From Nitrospirota bacterium (lineage in GTDB: Bacteria > Nitrospirota > UBA9217): 64,000 nt of DNA. The notes under the pieces were generated by a model. It did not search any database and had not been told where the DNA came from. It saw nothing but the letters and a program-made list of their open reading frames with translations. The stretch spans positions 416,001 through 480,000 of the forward strand of contig CAWFSF010000005.1 of assembly GCA_963818475.1 (NCBI GenBank), read 5' to 3'. Position 1 is the stretch's first letter, and every line of letters starts with the position of its first letter. This document shows positions 49,132-59,795 of this stretch, piece by piece. Both the position numbers and the translations under genes were made by a program.

Positions 49132-50132
49132 TCACCACCCAAGCGTAAGCGCGGAGAACTTCATCCGGTACAGCACGATCAGCGTGAACAGGAGATAGAG
49201 GATGACCGTTGCCAAGGTGAGCGTGCGCTGGAGCTGCGGGATGACGCGCACCATGCTGCCGCGGTTCCTCCAGGGCATCAGCACGCCGGTCCCAAGGCCG
49301 GTGACGGCACCGCCGAGCAGGGTGGCGTACAGCGCATACCCGATATAGCCGTACTCTTTCTGAAGACAACAGAAGGGGCAGTGGTGGGTGGGAAGTTCGT
49401 AGATGTAGAGGCTGATGAACGAGATGAGCGACGCAACGCCGATGAGGAAGGCGATCAGGCTTGCTACGGAGAAAGAGCCAGCCGCCCCTTCCTTTCCGGT
49501 AGAACACGATGGCCGCTCGCAAAGGTTGCTGCCATGGCAGCAAAAAAGGCGATCGCCATGGGGCGTGCCGGGAGTGCGGCAATGTCTCCGCTGATGTTCC
49601 GCGTGTCCTGGCTGAACAGGGCGCCGCAGCAGGAGGTGATGATGTCGGCATGGAGACCGCTGAAATACTGGTACTGTTCGTAGGCTTCGAACAGCACCAG
49701 CGGTGCGATCAAAAGAAGCAGAGCGTATTTTGCCCGGATGAGCGGGTAATCGTAGCCCCGGGTGTCGGCGTAGTTCACGATGAGCCAGGTCCCTGCCAAA
49801 AGGAAGTTCACGATCTTGAGCAGCAGCACGGGATAGCCGTATTCGTTCACGTTCAGCGTTCCTGCTGCGCACATGGCGCCAACGAACAGGCCGTGCAGGT
49901 TGTCAGCTGTGTAGATGTACAGGAAGAGCGACAGGATCTGGAACACGAAGGTGTAGGACAGGATGGTCGAGACGAGATAGGTCTGGCGCTCAAGGCCCAG
50001 CTGGAGCTCGCTGCCGCTTTTGATGTTCCAGAAGAACAGGATCCGCACACCCACAGCGCCTGCCAAAAGCACCATGATGCCGGCAAGGAGCGACATGGTC
50101 ATGAGCGAAAGGACTGCGGGATGAAGGATCAT
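49132..50132 (-). CDS. Conserved membrane protein with Cys motifs (frameshift near 49500)
   Basis: GAMCAAG, ITSCCG, HHCPFC; multiple TM segments; overlaps ABC ATPase stop. Confidence 0.75.
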
Positions 50133-50860
50133 GGCTTTGGCCCGGAGGAAGTGATCACGCCGTCGCGCATCTCAACGACCCGGTCTGCCAGGGGGGAATC
50201 GAATACGATAGGATCGTGGCTCGCGATCAGGATGGTCTTGCCTGCTTTTTTAAGCGTGCCCACGATCGTCATGAACTCCCGGGAGAGCGCGGTATCCAGA
50301 TGGGCTGTGGGCTCGTCGGCAATGATGACCGCGGGATCGTTGATGAGCGCTCGGGCAATGGCAACGCGCTGCAGCTCGCCGCCCGAAAGCCATTCAACAG
50401 GAGATGCTGCATGGCGCGCGATGGAGAACTGCTCCAAAAGCTCCCCTGCGCGCTTTGCGAATTCGCGATGGTCCTCGCCTGTCGGGTAGGCCGGCAGCAT
50501 GACGTTCTCGAGCACCGAGATACCTTTCAAGAGATTGAACTGCTGGAACACGAAGCCGAAGGTCCTGCGCCGGATGTCGTTCAAAAACCGCTCAGGCAGG
50601 CTCGTGATCTCGACACCTGCGGGCTCTTCCGAAGCCATCCATGCGGCCCGCATCCCCGTGAGCACGATCCTGCCCGACGTGGGGCGCGCCATGCAGCCGA
50701 TGAGCGTCATGAGCGTGGTCTTGCCTGAGCCGCTCGGGCCTTTCAGGATCGTGACCTTGGCCGGTTCGATGTCGAGGCTCACGTCATTGACCGCGACGAA
50801 CTGGCTCGCCTTGCCCACATGGAAGCTCTTGGTTATGTTCGTAAGCGAGATCATGTTCAT
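50129..50860 (-). CDS. ABC ATP-binding protein (LolD/MacB-like)
   Basis: GPSGSGKTT, GFVFQQFNL, LSGGELQRVAIARAL, ADEPT. Confidence 0.93.
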   Translation of the reverse strand: MNMISLTNITKSFHVGKASQFVAVNDVSLDIEPAKVTILKGPSGSGKTTLMTLIGCMARPTSGRIVLTGMRAAWMASEEPAGVEITSLPERFLNDIRRRTFGFVFQQFNLLKGISVLENVMLPAYPTGEDHREFAKRAGELLEQFSIARHAASPVEWLSGGELQRVAIARALINDPAVIIADEPTAHLDTALSREFMTIVGTLKKAGKTILIASHDPIVFDSPLADRVVEMRDGVITSSGPKP

Positions 50861-51993
50861 GTTACGACCTCATGGCGGCATCGGGATCGATGGTGGCCGC
50901 GCGCCAGCAGGGTATGATCGTAGCGAAAGTATAAGGCGCCACGGTCAGGAAAAAGAGCACGCCGAGCTGATAGGCGTCCACTGCCGGCACCAGCGTGAAC
51001 TGCGGGTAGAGCACGGACCAGCCTTTGAGCACGGGCTGGAACAGCGGGGCTGAGAAGAAATAGACATGGACAGTAGGCCGCGATGACGCCGAAGAAAAAG
51101 GCAGAGAGCGAGATGACCGCCCCTTCCCAGAACTTGAGCAACAGCACGTCCGACGTTTCCCAGCCGATCGATTTCAGGATGCCGATCTCCTTGCGCTCTT
51201 CAGCGGAGAGGCCCGTTGCCCGGTCCCAGGCGAAGATGATGAACGAAAGCACCGCCGCGATCATCATGACGAGCATCATGCCGCCGCGCCAGTCGAAGAT
51301 GGAATCGTAGGTCCTGAGCATCTCGCTCTTAAGGATGGGCCGCGCGTCCGGGAAGCGGTCCACGATCTTCTCCGCCAGAGTGGAGAGCTCACGTGAGTTC
51401 GCGACCGTCAATGCCAGGTCCGTTGCATGGCCCTGCGGGAACTTGAAGAGCTTCCGGAAGTCGCGCTCCGACATGATCACGAGATCTGCTGCTGCAAGCT
51501 CTGATTCGTAGGGCAGGACCTCTTTGATCTCAAGCTGCAGCAGGACTGGTTATCGTAGCTCTGGAGTATGATGACGTCCCCCACGGTCCGCGCGGCGCAG
51601 GCGTGAAACGCCGCTGCCGATCGTGATGGTCCCGGGAGCCATATCAGCGGTCATGACGGTCAGGTTCCCGCCGGACGGCGCATCGTAGTAATAGCCCCAG
51701 AGCCGCGGCGTAACCGTGCGCACACCGCGGAGAGCCGCGATCTCCTTTGCATAGGCCAGCGGCACCAGGTCCTGCCTGCCTGCCACCATCCGCTGGACCA
51801 CCATGTCGGGCGCGTCCTTCAGGATCAGCGTTGCTTCTCGTTTCATGGCGGACAGAAAGAACAGGAGCGAGGCGATGGCGAACACGATCAGCGTGTAGAT
51901 CGCGAGCAGGGAAAGGTTCTTGGTCTTCCGGCGCAGGAGCGACGAAAGCGAGAACTCGAGGATGTTCTTGTGGCGTTCGATCGATCTATTCAT
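50857..51993 (-). CDS. FtsX/MacB-like ABC permease (frameshifted)
   Basis: SLLRRKTKNL; ERKEIGILKSIGW; ends IDPDAAMRS. Confidence 0.85.
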
Positions 51994-52303
51994 GGCGCCC
52001 TCCCAAGCGGACGCGGGGCAGGCACGAGCGATCCTGACGGGAAATGCTCCAGCGCTATCGGATGGTCCTGGAACGCGGCATGGACGTCGCCCAGGCAGGG
52101 TGGCGCGTATACCGCGCCTCGGTAAAGAGGCAGAGGTCCGTGAGCTGCAGCTCCTGTGCTATGCTGCTGCTCGATGCAAGCAGCTGGTCAGCCCGGCCTT
52201 GAGCAGACCGCGCATGCAGCATGAGCAGGGAAAAGGCCATGACATTGACGATCGTCAGGACGAGGAAGACAGTGGATTTGCGTATGCAGGTGGTCTTGAT
52301 CAA
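51990..52303 (-). CDS. Small membrane-anchored hypothetical protein (frameshifted)
   Basis: TM segment; LTDLCLFTEARYTRHP. Confidence 0.6.
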
Positions 52304-52325
52304 GATTCCATCCTTAAGGACTTTT

Positions 52326-52521
52326 CACCACTGAGTCACAGAGGCACGGAGAAAAGCGTGTCGTTAAATCTATTTTTGCCACATAAGTCACAAAAGACAC
52401 AGAAAATAATTTTTTATCTCTACGTTTTTACTTATGTGCCGGCAAATCACGACTTTGTACTAATTCATCAATCTTGTTTCTTTAAGCTTGTCCTTCTCCG
52501 TGTCTCCGTGACTCCGTGGTG
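52326..52521. repeat. Nested palindromic elements (CACAGAGGCACGGAG outer arms; CACATAAG inner arms)
   Basis: Outer 52326-51/52496-521; inner 52378-405/52425-43. Confidence 0.7.
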
Positions 52522-52540
52522 GACAATGACTTTTAGTTGC

Positions 52541-53018
52541 TTATTCGAGCTGCTTCATGACCTCGGGAGTGATCTCCTTGAACTGCAGCACCTTCTTCCC
52601 TTCATGGTCCTTCAGGAACGCCTTGGCGTCGGCTTCAGTCTTGAATGCTACCAGCTCCTTGCCCATGGGGCCGAAAACGTCGCTGCCGATGACGTAGAAA
52701 GCCTTCTTGCCGTCGATGAGTGAAAGCGTATAATAATCCTTCACCCAAAGGTTTTCAATGTCAGCCGCGTCTCTCTGCGGCTCGTACTTTTTGATCGCGA
52801 AGTAGTAGGTGAACAGGTCTTTGGGGCCGTCAAAGAAGCGTGCCGCGGAATCCTTGAACACGATGACGCCGGTCCAGTCCGGATACTTGGTAACGAACAT
52901 GCCGCAGACCATGCACTTGTCCGTGGCAGCAGGCTTTGGGGGTTCCTGCTCTCCGGCCAATACGGGAAAGACCATGTATCAGGAACAGCAGGGAAGCGAA
53001 TAGCCAGATGCGTTTCAT
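52541..53018 (-). CDS. NosL-family protein (frameshift in signal region)
   Basis: CMVCGMFV, FFDGPKDL, VKDYY, GSDVFGPMGKE. Confidence 0.88.
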
Positions 53019-53211
53019 CTCTTGCTCCTTTCCATGCGACGGGAGATCAAATGAGAGAATATAATAAAAGGAATCAGCAAATTTAAGCTGAAACCCTTTG
53101 CACGGATCAAGCGGATAACGACGAAACTCATTTCTGATTGCATCCGCCCTTATCCGGCTGTTCATCCGATCCTTCCGTGTCTAAAAGATTTTTCCAGGTT
53201 GAAGTTCGCGC

Positions 53212-54345
53212 TCAATGGCACTCTGCATCGAACGTACTCGTGACTGCCGAAACCATTGCAACTGATGAATGCGCCAATTGCTGAGCCTTTCCATCTTTCA
53301 ATTGCACAGCTCCGTCGTCGGCAATGATGAGCCCGGGGTCCTTGATGTCCTGCTTCGTCAGATTCCGCATCAGCGTGATCGCCTTCCTGCTGCTGTCCTG
53401 GACCGGGATCCCCTGGGCGCCGAGCTTCACGGGCATGAGTTCTCCGTCCTGGAAATCGCCGGTCAGAGCATCCAAATGCACCGTGAGCACCGCACTTACG
53501 CCGTTCGGCCCATCGATATTGAAGCGTTCATAGGCAAGGAAGTTCCCGAGACTGTAGGCGATAAGTTTTCCCTGGTACACTTCGAGCGCACGCAGCACAT
53601 GCGGGCCGTGGCCGAGCACCAGGTCCGCGCCTGCATCGATGACAGCGTGCGCGAAGGCAGCCACATTGCCGCGGTCCTCGCCCAGGAACTCCTCGGTCGC
53701 ATACGTCACATGCTGAGCAGTGGAGCCTTCTGCTCCGCCGTGGAATGAAACGACCACAATATCATTCGTTTCTTTGAGCGACCGGACGATCTCCGCTGCC
53801 TCTGACCTATTCTGCATGGGGTACGCATAGGGCGCCTCGAAATAGAAGAACCCTACCATGGCAATACGCCTGCCCTTGATGGTATAGCTTGCAACCCTCT
53901 TGCCACCCACCGGCTGGATCTCCGCAGCTCCGAGGGTGCTGATCGTGCTCTCAACGCCTTCTTTGCCGAAATCGGAAGCGTGATTGTTCGCGATGTTCAA
54001 GGCTGAGAAGCCCGCGTCCTTGAGATAGGCAACATACCGCAAAGGCGTTTTGAAGGCGTAGCAGGTCTTGCCCGGCTTTTTGCATTTCGTCGATTCACCC
54101 TCATCGAGCAGCGGGCCTTCGAGATTGCCGAAGAGAATGTCCGCTCCCTGGAAAGATCCCTTCACTGCATCGAAGATGCCCTCCCCGTCATGAGGCGGCA
54201 GCAGGGGATCGGGATAGGTCGTGCCCATCATGATGTCGCCCACTGCCGTAATGGTCAGCGTCTGGTCAGGCTGCTCCTGCGCTTGTCCCGGGAGCGGGAG
54301 CAGGCAGAACAGGAGGCCGATGAAAGAAATGAAAAGTCGAATCAT
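53212..54345 (-). CDS. CapA/PGA_cap family metallophosphoesterase
   Basis: VGDIMMG, GNLEGP, ANNHASDFG, VSFHGGAE, GHGPHV, YSLGNF. Confidence 0.92.
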   Translation of the reverse strand: MIRLFISFIGLLFCLLPLPGQAQEQPDQTLTITAVGDIMMGTTYPDPLLPPHDGEGIFDAVKGSFQGADILFGNLEGPLLDEGESTKCKKPGKTCYAFKTPLRYVAYLKDAGFSALNIANNHASDFGKEGVESTISTLGAAEIQPVGGKRVASYTIKGRRIAMVGFFYFEAPYAYPMQNRSEAAEIVRSLKETNDIVVVSFHGGAEGSTAQHVTYATEEFLGEDRGNVAAFAHAVIDAGADLVLGHGPHVLRALEVYQGKLIAYSLGNFLAYERFNIDGPNGVSAVLTVHLDALTGDFQDGELMPVKLGAQGIPVQDSSRKAITLMRNLTKQDIKDPGLIIADDGAVQLKDGKAQQLAHSSVAMVSAVTSTFDAECH

Positions 54346-54401
54346 ATATCAGGTGTATCCTCTCCAGGTGTTCCATCAGGATGTTAAAAAGCCCTCAAGG
54401 T

Positions 54402-54488
54402 GTCATTGCGAGGAGCGAAGCGACGCGGCAATCTCTAAGTTCATGATTTATATAAAACCGAGATTGCTTCGCTTCGGCTCGCAATGAC
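54402..54488. repeat. GTCATTGCGAG..CTCGCAATGAC palindromic element
   Basis: GTCATTGCGAGGAGCGAAGCGACGCGGCAATCTC / GAGATTGCTTCGCTTCGGCTCGCAATGAC. Confidence 0.85.
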
Positions 54489-54718
54489 GGCGAGGGCCCC
54501 CTCGCAAAGACGGCTTAAAAATGCAACGCTCGGCATGCGCTATCCGTGGCAGAAACGTACCAAGAACGTACCCTACCATAAACCACTGAGTGACTTCAAT
54601 ATGATTTTATTCTTGAGCGGGAAAAAAGGAGACCTCCGTGAGTGCGTAAAGAACGCAGATCGCGGAGGTCCGGGGGAGATGAAATAAGGAAGCGGGAGGC
54701 AGTTCATTCAGCCGCCGC

Positions 54719-54925
54719 TTAGTGCGATTTCCGGGACTGCTCCATCAGCACCTCATTGAGTTCGGTCTCGCCTAATGCTCCCATGCGGACCAGGATCTGA
54801 CCGATAAGATCGCGGCTGTTCTTCTGATGGTCAAGGGCAAATTCAAGGTCCTGCTGCATGATCCGATCTTTCTCCATCAATAATTGACCTATGGGGCGTA
54901 CACCTTCTTTTTTCGATTCAACCAT
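54719..54925 (-). CDS. Small protein resembling a MshEN/GSPII-E N-terminal module
   Basis: RPIGQLLMEK..LEFALDHQ..LIGQILVRMG; AGGAGG RBS. Confidence 0.7.
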   Translation of the reverse strand: MVESKKEGVRPIGQLLMEKDRIMQQDLEFALDHQKNSRDLIGQILVRMGALGETELNEVLMEQSRKSH

Positions 54926-55223
54926 ACGATACCTCCTGGTTCAGGCGTCGGCCCCTTGAGCTCGCAGCCACGCTTAACTATTTTTTATAGTGTTGAGTAA
55001 TTATATTGTTTAGAACGCCAAATGTCAAGCGCTTTTTTAATAATTAATCATCATAAAATCAAATACTTAAACTATATGGTAGTGTACATGGATATGCAAT
55101 ATAAATTGCACAAAGATGCATTTCCGTCCCAAGAATGCGGGTTGAAAAATGATATAGTCGTTCAAAACAATGGCGGCGGGGAGGGACTCTTTACGAAACT
55201 TGAAAAAACAAGAGCGCCTGAAT

Positions 55224-55257
55224 AAAAAAACGGCGGGTCTCTGCTCTACCCGCCGTT
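55224..55257 (-). terminator. Intrinsic terminator of ychF
   Basis: A7-CGGCGGGT..ACCCGCCGTT. Confidence 0.8.
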
Positions 55258-55289
55258 CAGCATCATGTTTATTCGTGCACGATCGATCG

Positions 55290-56385
55290 TTACACGTTGA
55301 ACCTGAAGTTCATGATATCGCCGTCCTTGACCACATATTCCTTGCCTTCGGAGCGGAGCAGTCCTGCCGCCTTGACCGCCTGTTCGGTCTTGTACTTCAC
55401 CAGATCGTCGAAGTGGAACACCTCGGCGCGGATAAAACCTTTTTCAAAATCCGAATGGATCTTGCCGGCTGCCTGCGGAGCCTTGGTTCCCTTGGTGATG
55501 GTCCAGGCCCGCACTTCCTTCTCGCCTGCGGTCAGATAGGTGATGAGTCCCAGCAGCTCATAGCCCGCGCGGATCATCCGGTCCAGGCCCGACTCCTTGA
55601 GCCCCATGCCGGCGAGGTACTCCTTCCGCTCTTCCAGCGGCAGCTGGGCGATCTCTCCCTCCACCTGGCCCGAGATGACCACGACCCTGGCGCCTTCTTC
55701 TGCCGCGATCTTCTTCACGGCATCCACATGCGGGTTGGGCTTGTCCACCATGTCCTCTGCCACGTTCGCCACATACAGCACCGGCTTGGATGACAACAGC
55801 GCATAGTTCTTGAGCCACAGGGTCTCTTCGTCGGAATGGCTCGCCCGGCGGATGGGTTCGCCTTTGCGCGAGCATGTCCTTGAGCCGCCGCATGAACTCC
55901 ACTTCTTCCAGCGCCTTCTTGTCGCCGGTCTTGGTCATCTTCTCGGCCTTGTACAGCCGCTTCTCGATCGCGTCCAGGTCGGCAAGCATGAGCTCCGCCT
56001 CGATCACTTCGATGTCTTCCTTGGGGTCCACCTTGTTCGCCACATGGATCACGTTCGGGTCTTCGAAGCAGCGCACCACGTGGGCAATGGCATCCACCTC
56101 GCGGATGTTGGCCAGGAACTTGTTCCCCAGCCCTTCGCCCTTGGAAGCGCCCTTCACCAGCCCGGCGATGTCCACGAACTCCATGGTCGTCGGTGTGATC
56201 TTCTTGGGCTGGTAGATCTCGGCAAGGACTCCGATCCGCTCGTCCGGCATGTCCACCACGCCCACGTTCGGATCGATGGTGGTAAAGGGATAGTTGGATG
56301 CCTGCGCGCCTGCCGAGGTGAGCGCGTTGAAAATGGTGGACTTGCCTACATTGGGAAGCCCGACGATGCCGCAGTTAAAACCCAT
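55290..56385 (-). CDS. ychF: Redox-regulated ATPase YchF (frameshifted)
   Basis: [44 protein letters not shown]. Confidence 0.96.
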
Positions 56386-56454
56386 GATATGCTCCTGAAT
56401 GCGAAATTTAAGTATGCCGCAAATTAATGAAGAAAGACTGAACCTGAAAACGGT

Positions 56455-56665
56455 TTTTTTGACACGGATAAGATCGGATAAAAACCGGATAACGGCGGAT
56501 TAGCTTCTGAGGAAGGTTTACCCTTGGGAAAGACCCTCACCTTGATCCTCTCCCCGGGGAGAGGGTAGGGTGAGGGGTTTTCATTTGCCGTTGTGCCGAA
56601 TCGTCGGCAGGGATGCCTTATCCGCCCTTATCCGATGTTAATCCACTTCTTCCGTGTCAAAGGTT
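56455..56665. repeat. CACGGATA/ATCCGTG palindromic element enclosing a CCCTCACC..GGGTGAGGG hairpin
   Basis: Outer arms about 56461-56500/56617-56660; inner hairpin about 56534-56578. Confidence 0.75.
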
Positions 56666-56757
56666 TTTTCCCGCCGTTACTTCTGACAAACACTGAGCAC
56701 GATGACGCAATAAAAAACCCGGAGCCGTCTTGCTGCTACGCTCCGGGCCTGCAGACC

Positions 56758-57321
56758 TTACTTCTGGTTGAATTGGTTCATGGCTTTTGTAACGCCCTGG
56801 GCAACGATCACTCTGGCCGCCTCGGCTGCGTTCACAACGGCTGATGCCGACGCTTCGCGCTCCTCGGCGAAAAAGGGGCTGAGCACATAATCGGCAGTGT
56901 CCATGCCCGGCAGGGGCCTTCCGATGCCGATGCGGACCCTTACGAAATCTGCGGTCCCGAGATACTCGATGATGGAACGAAGCCCGTTGTGGCCGCCATG
57001 CCCGCCGCCGGTCTTTACCCTGACCGTCCCGGGGGCAAGATCGAGCTCATCATGCAGAACAATGAGGTCCACAGCCGATGCGTAGGCATCCTTCAGGAGC
57101 GCTGCAACCGACCGTCCGCTGTCGTTCATATACGTCTGCGGTTTGGCCAGTACGACCTTCTCGGTCCCGATCGCCCCTTTGCCGAGCAGGGCATGGCACT
57201 TTTCCAGGCTCAGTTCAATGCGTAAGCTCCGTGCCAGTTCATCGATGGCCATGAACCCGGCGTTGTGGCGCGTGCGATCGTACTTTCTACCCGGGTTGCC
57301 AAGACCGACGATGATCTTCAT
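56758..57321 (-). CDS. pth: Peptidyl-tRNA hydrolase
   Basis: VGLGNPG..TRHNAGF, KPQTYMNDSG, HDELDL, GGHNGLRS. Confidence 0.97.
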   Translation of the reverse strand: MKIIVGLGNPGRKYDRTRHNAGFMAIDELARSLRIELSLEKCHALLGKGAIGTEKVVLAKPQTYMNDSGRSVAALLKDAYASAVDLIVLHDELDLAPGTVRVKTGGGHGGHNGLRSIIEYLGTADFVRVRIGIGRPLPGMDTADYVLSPFFAEEREASASAVVNAAEAARVIVAQGVTKAMNQFNQK

Positions 57322-57376
57322 GCGAACCTTGTCGCGTACCGTAGCGGCGCATTCTCATGCAGCCCGTACGGCATGC

Positions 57377-58126
57377 TTATTTCTTCGGTGCAGCTGCCTT
57401 CGCAGCAGGTGCCGCTGCCTTGGCAGGCGCAGCGCCGCCCTTGGCCGGAGCGGCCTTGGCGTCGGCTTCGCCCTCTTTCTTCGGCTTCTTGACCAACTCG
57501 GGCTCACCCTCACCGGTTGCAGCAGGGGCGCCAGTGCCCAGCATGGACTCGAGCTTGGCTTCGGAGATCGGCGGCTGGATCGTCACGATCGTGGCGTCGG
57601 CATCGTTCAGGATCTTGACGCCTTCGGGCGTCTTGATGTCCCGCACATGGAGCGACTCGTTCACCTTGACCGCCGCGATGTCGACATCGAAGTGGCTCGG
57701 GATCTGCTGCGGGAAGCACTCGATATCGACCTGATGCAGGCCGTACTGCAGGATGCCGCCTTCCTTCACGCCGATGGCGTTGCCCGTCAGGTGGATGGCA
57801 ACCTGGACCTTCACCTTTTCGTCCATGGCGACTTCCATGAGGTCGATGTGCATGAGCTTGTTGGTGATCGGATCGAGCTGATAGTCCTTGATCAGGGCCA
57901 TGCGTTCGGCGGCCTCTTTGGTCCCCTCGAGCGTGAGCGTGAGCAGCGCGTGTTTGCCGCCCTCGGTGTTAAGGATCGTCGCGACTTCCTTATTACCCAT
58001 AGAGATCGGCATGGATTTACCGTGGCTGTAGAGCACCGCCGGAATTCGCGCGTTTCTCCGCAGTTCCCGGGCTACGCCCTTCCCTGCTTTTTCTCTTACC
58101 TGTGCTGTTAATGTGATCTTTTCCAT
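57377..58126 (-). CDS. rplY: 50S ribosomal protein L25/Ctc
   Basis: GKGVARELRR..IPAVLY, QLDPI..HIDL, GVKEGG. Confidence 0.95.
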   Translation of the reverse strand: MEKITLTAQVREKAGKGVARELRRNARIPAVLYSHGKSMPISMGNKEVATILNTEGGKHALLTLTLEGTKEAAERMALIKDYQLDPITNKLMHIDLMEVAMDEKVKVQVAIHLTGNAIGVKEGGILQYGLHQVDIECFPQQIPSHFDVDIAAVKVNESLHVRDIKTPEGVKILNDADATIVTIQPPISEAKLESMLGTGAPAATGEGEPELVKKPKKEGEADAKAAPAKGGAAPAKAAAPAAKAAAPKK

Positions 58127-58173
58127 TTCTCCTCCGATACAATTGATGGTGCAGTATGCATATCCCGGTTCAG

Positions 58174-59126
58174 CTACACGAACAGCGAACTGAGTGATGT
58201 TTCTTCATGGATCCGCGTGATGGCCTCGGCGAGCAGCGGCGCCACCGAAAGCACTTTCAGCTTCTTGCATTCTTTCTGCTTGCTGTCGAGCGCGATGGTG
58301 TTCGTCGCAATGAGCTCGCTCGAGCGGCGAATCGTTGATCCGCTTGATCGCCGGGCCGGAGAGCACGGCATGCGTGCAGGCGGCATAGATGTTCCCGGCG
58401 CCGTTCGCCTTGAGCGCGCGCCGCGCCCTCGGTCAGGGTCCCGGCGGTGTCGACCATGTCGTCGAGCAGCAGGCAATCATGCCCTTTCACGTCGCCGATG
58501 ATGTTCATGACCTGCGCCTCGTTCGGCTTGTCGCGCCGCTTGTCGATGATCGCCAGGGAAGCGCCGAGCCGCTTGGCAAAGGCCCGGGCCCGCTCCACGC
58601 CGCCGGCATCGGGCGAAACGACCGTCAAGGTTCTTGAAGGTCTTCGCCCGGATGTAGTCGAGCAGCACGGGGGCCGCGAACAGATTGTCCACCGGAATAT
58701 TGAAGAACCCCTGGATCTGTCCGGCATGCAGGTCCACGGTCAGCACCCGGTTCGCGCCGGCGGTGGTGATAAGATCGGCAACGAGCTTTGAGGTGATCGG
58801 CACGCGGGGCTGCACCTTCCGGTCCTGCCGGCTGTACCCGTAGTAGGGAAGGACCGCCGTGATGCGCATGGCCGAGGCCCGCTTGAGCGCATCGATCATG
58901 ATGAGCAGCTCCATCAGATGCCGGTTCACCGGGCTTGACGTCGGCTGCACCACGAACACATCCATGCCGCGGACATTGTCCACGATCTGGACGTTGATCT
59001 CGCCGTCGCTGAAGCGCCCCACCACCGCGTTCCCGAGCGGAATGTTCATCTTCTGGCAGATTTCCTTCGCCAGACGCCGGGTTCGCGTTACCGGTAAAGA
59101 TCTTTCAGTTCCCGTGCTCTCACCAT
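58174..59126 (-). CDS. prs: Ribose-phosphate pyrophosphokinase (frameshifted)
   Basis: [42 protein letters not shown]. Confidence 0.96.
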
Positions 59127-59155
59127 TGTTTTACCCACTCCTCTTTTCCGCATGC

Positions 59156-59230
59156 TGGTTCGGGGACAGGGTAGTCGAACCCCGATTAAAGGCTTCAAAG
59201 GCCTCTGTCCTACCATTAGACGATCCCCGA
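59156..59230 (-). tRNA. tRNA-Gln (anticodon TTG)
   Basis: TCGGGGA/TCCCCGA acceptor plus ACCA; GAGGC-CTTTGAA-GCCTT; GGTTCGACT T-loop (one apparent extra base). Confidence 0.92.
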
Positions 59231-59356
59231 TTGTCGGTGAAGTCCGCGCTCCGGGCTCGGCCGGCTGAGTAAAAATGAAAAGGATAGGCTGCTGCCTATC
59301 CTCTCGCATGAGATGCAGAATCGGCAGTACTCGACTTCGTTCCGGTCGATCGTTCG

Positions 59357-59660
59357 CTAGGCAGCATCGCTCTCTTTCGGCGCCGGCTCCCGCTTTGCCG
59401 GATTGTGCCAGCTCACGCTCATATTCGGCGAGGACCTTGGACTCGATCATCTGCCGCGTTTCGCTGTTCAGCGGATGGGCGATGTCCTTAAAGGTCCCGT
59501 CCTTCATCTTCCGGCTCGGCATGGCCACGAACAGTCCGGCGTTGCCGTTGATAATGCGAAGGTCCCTGATCAGGAACACATTGTCGATGGTGATCGTGGC
59601 ATAGGCCTTGAGCCGCTCTTCGTTGGTGACCGGGAACACCCTCACTTCTGTGATATCCAT
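59357..59660 (-). CDS. spoVG: Septation regulator SpoVG (3' frameshift)
   Basis: ITEVRV, LKAYATIT, GLFVAMPSRK, FKDIAHPLN. Confidence 0.93.
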
Positions 59661-59795
59661 GGACACTCACCCCCGTGCCGGCTTACAGCAATGATATGCG
59701 CTTCCCTCCATCGGCCCCCGGAACCCGGGAGACGCTTCAACGCTGCGACCATGCATGGTGTACGCATGGACCGGGGAACAAGGCTCCCGGTGTCT

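Noticed and set aside
59156-59230. Atypical T-arm of tRNA-Gln as a novel tRNA feature
   Set aside because: A single extra base in an indel-rich stretch is most likely an error
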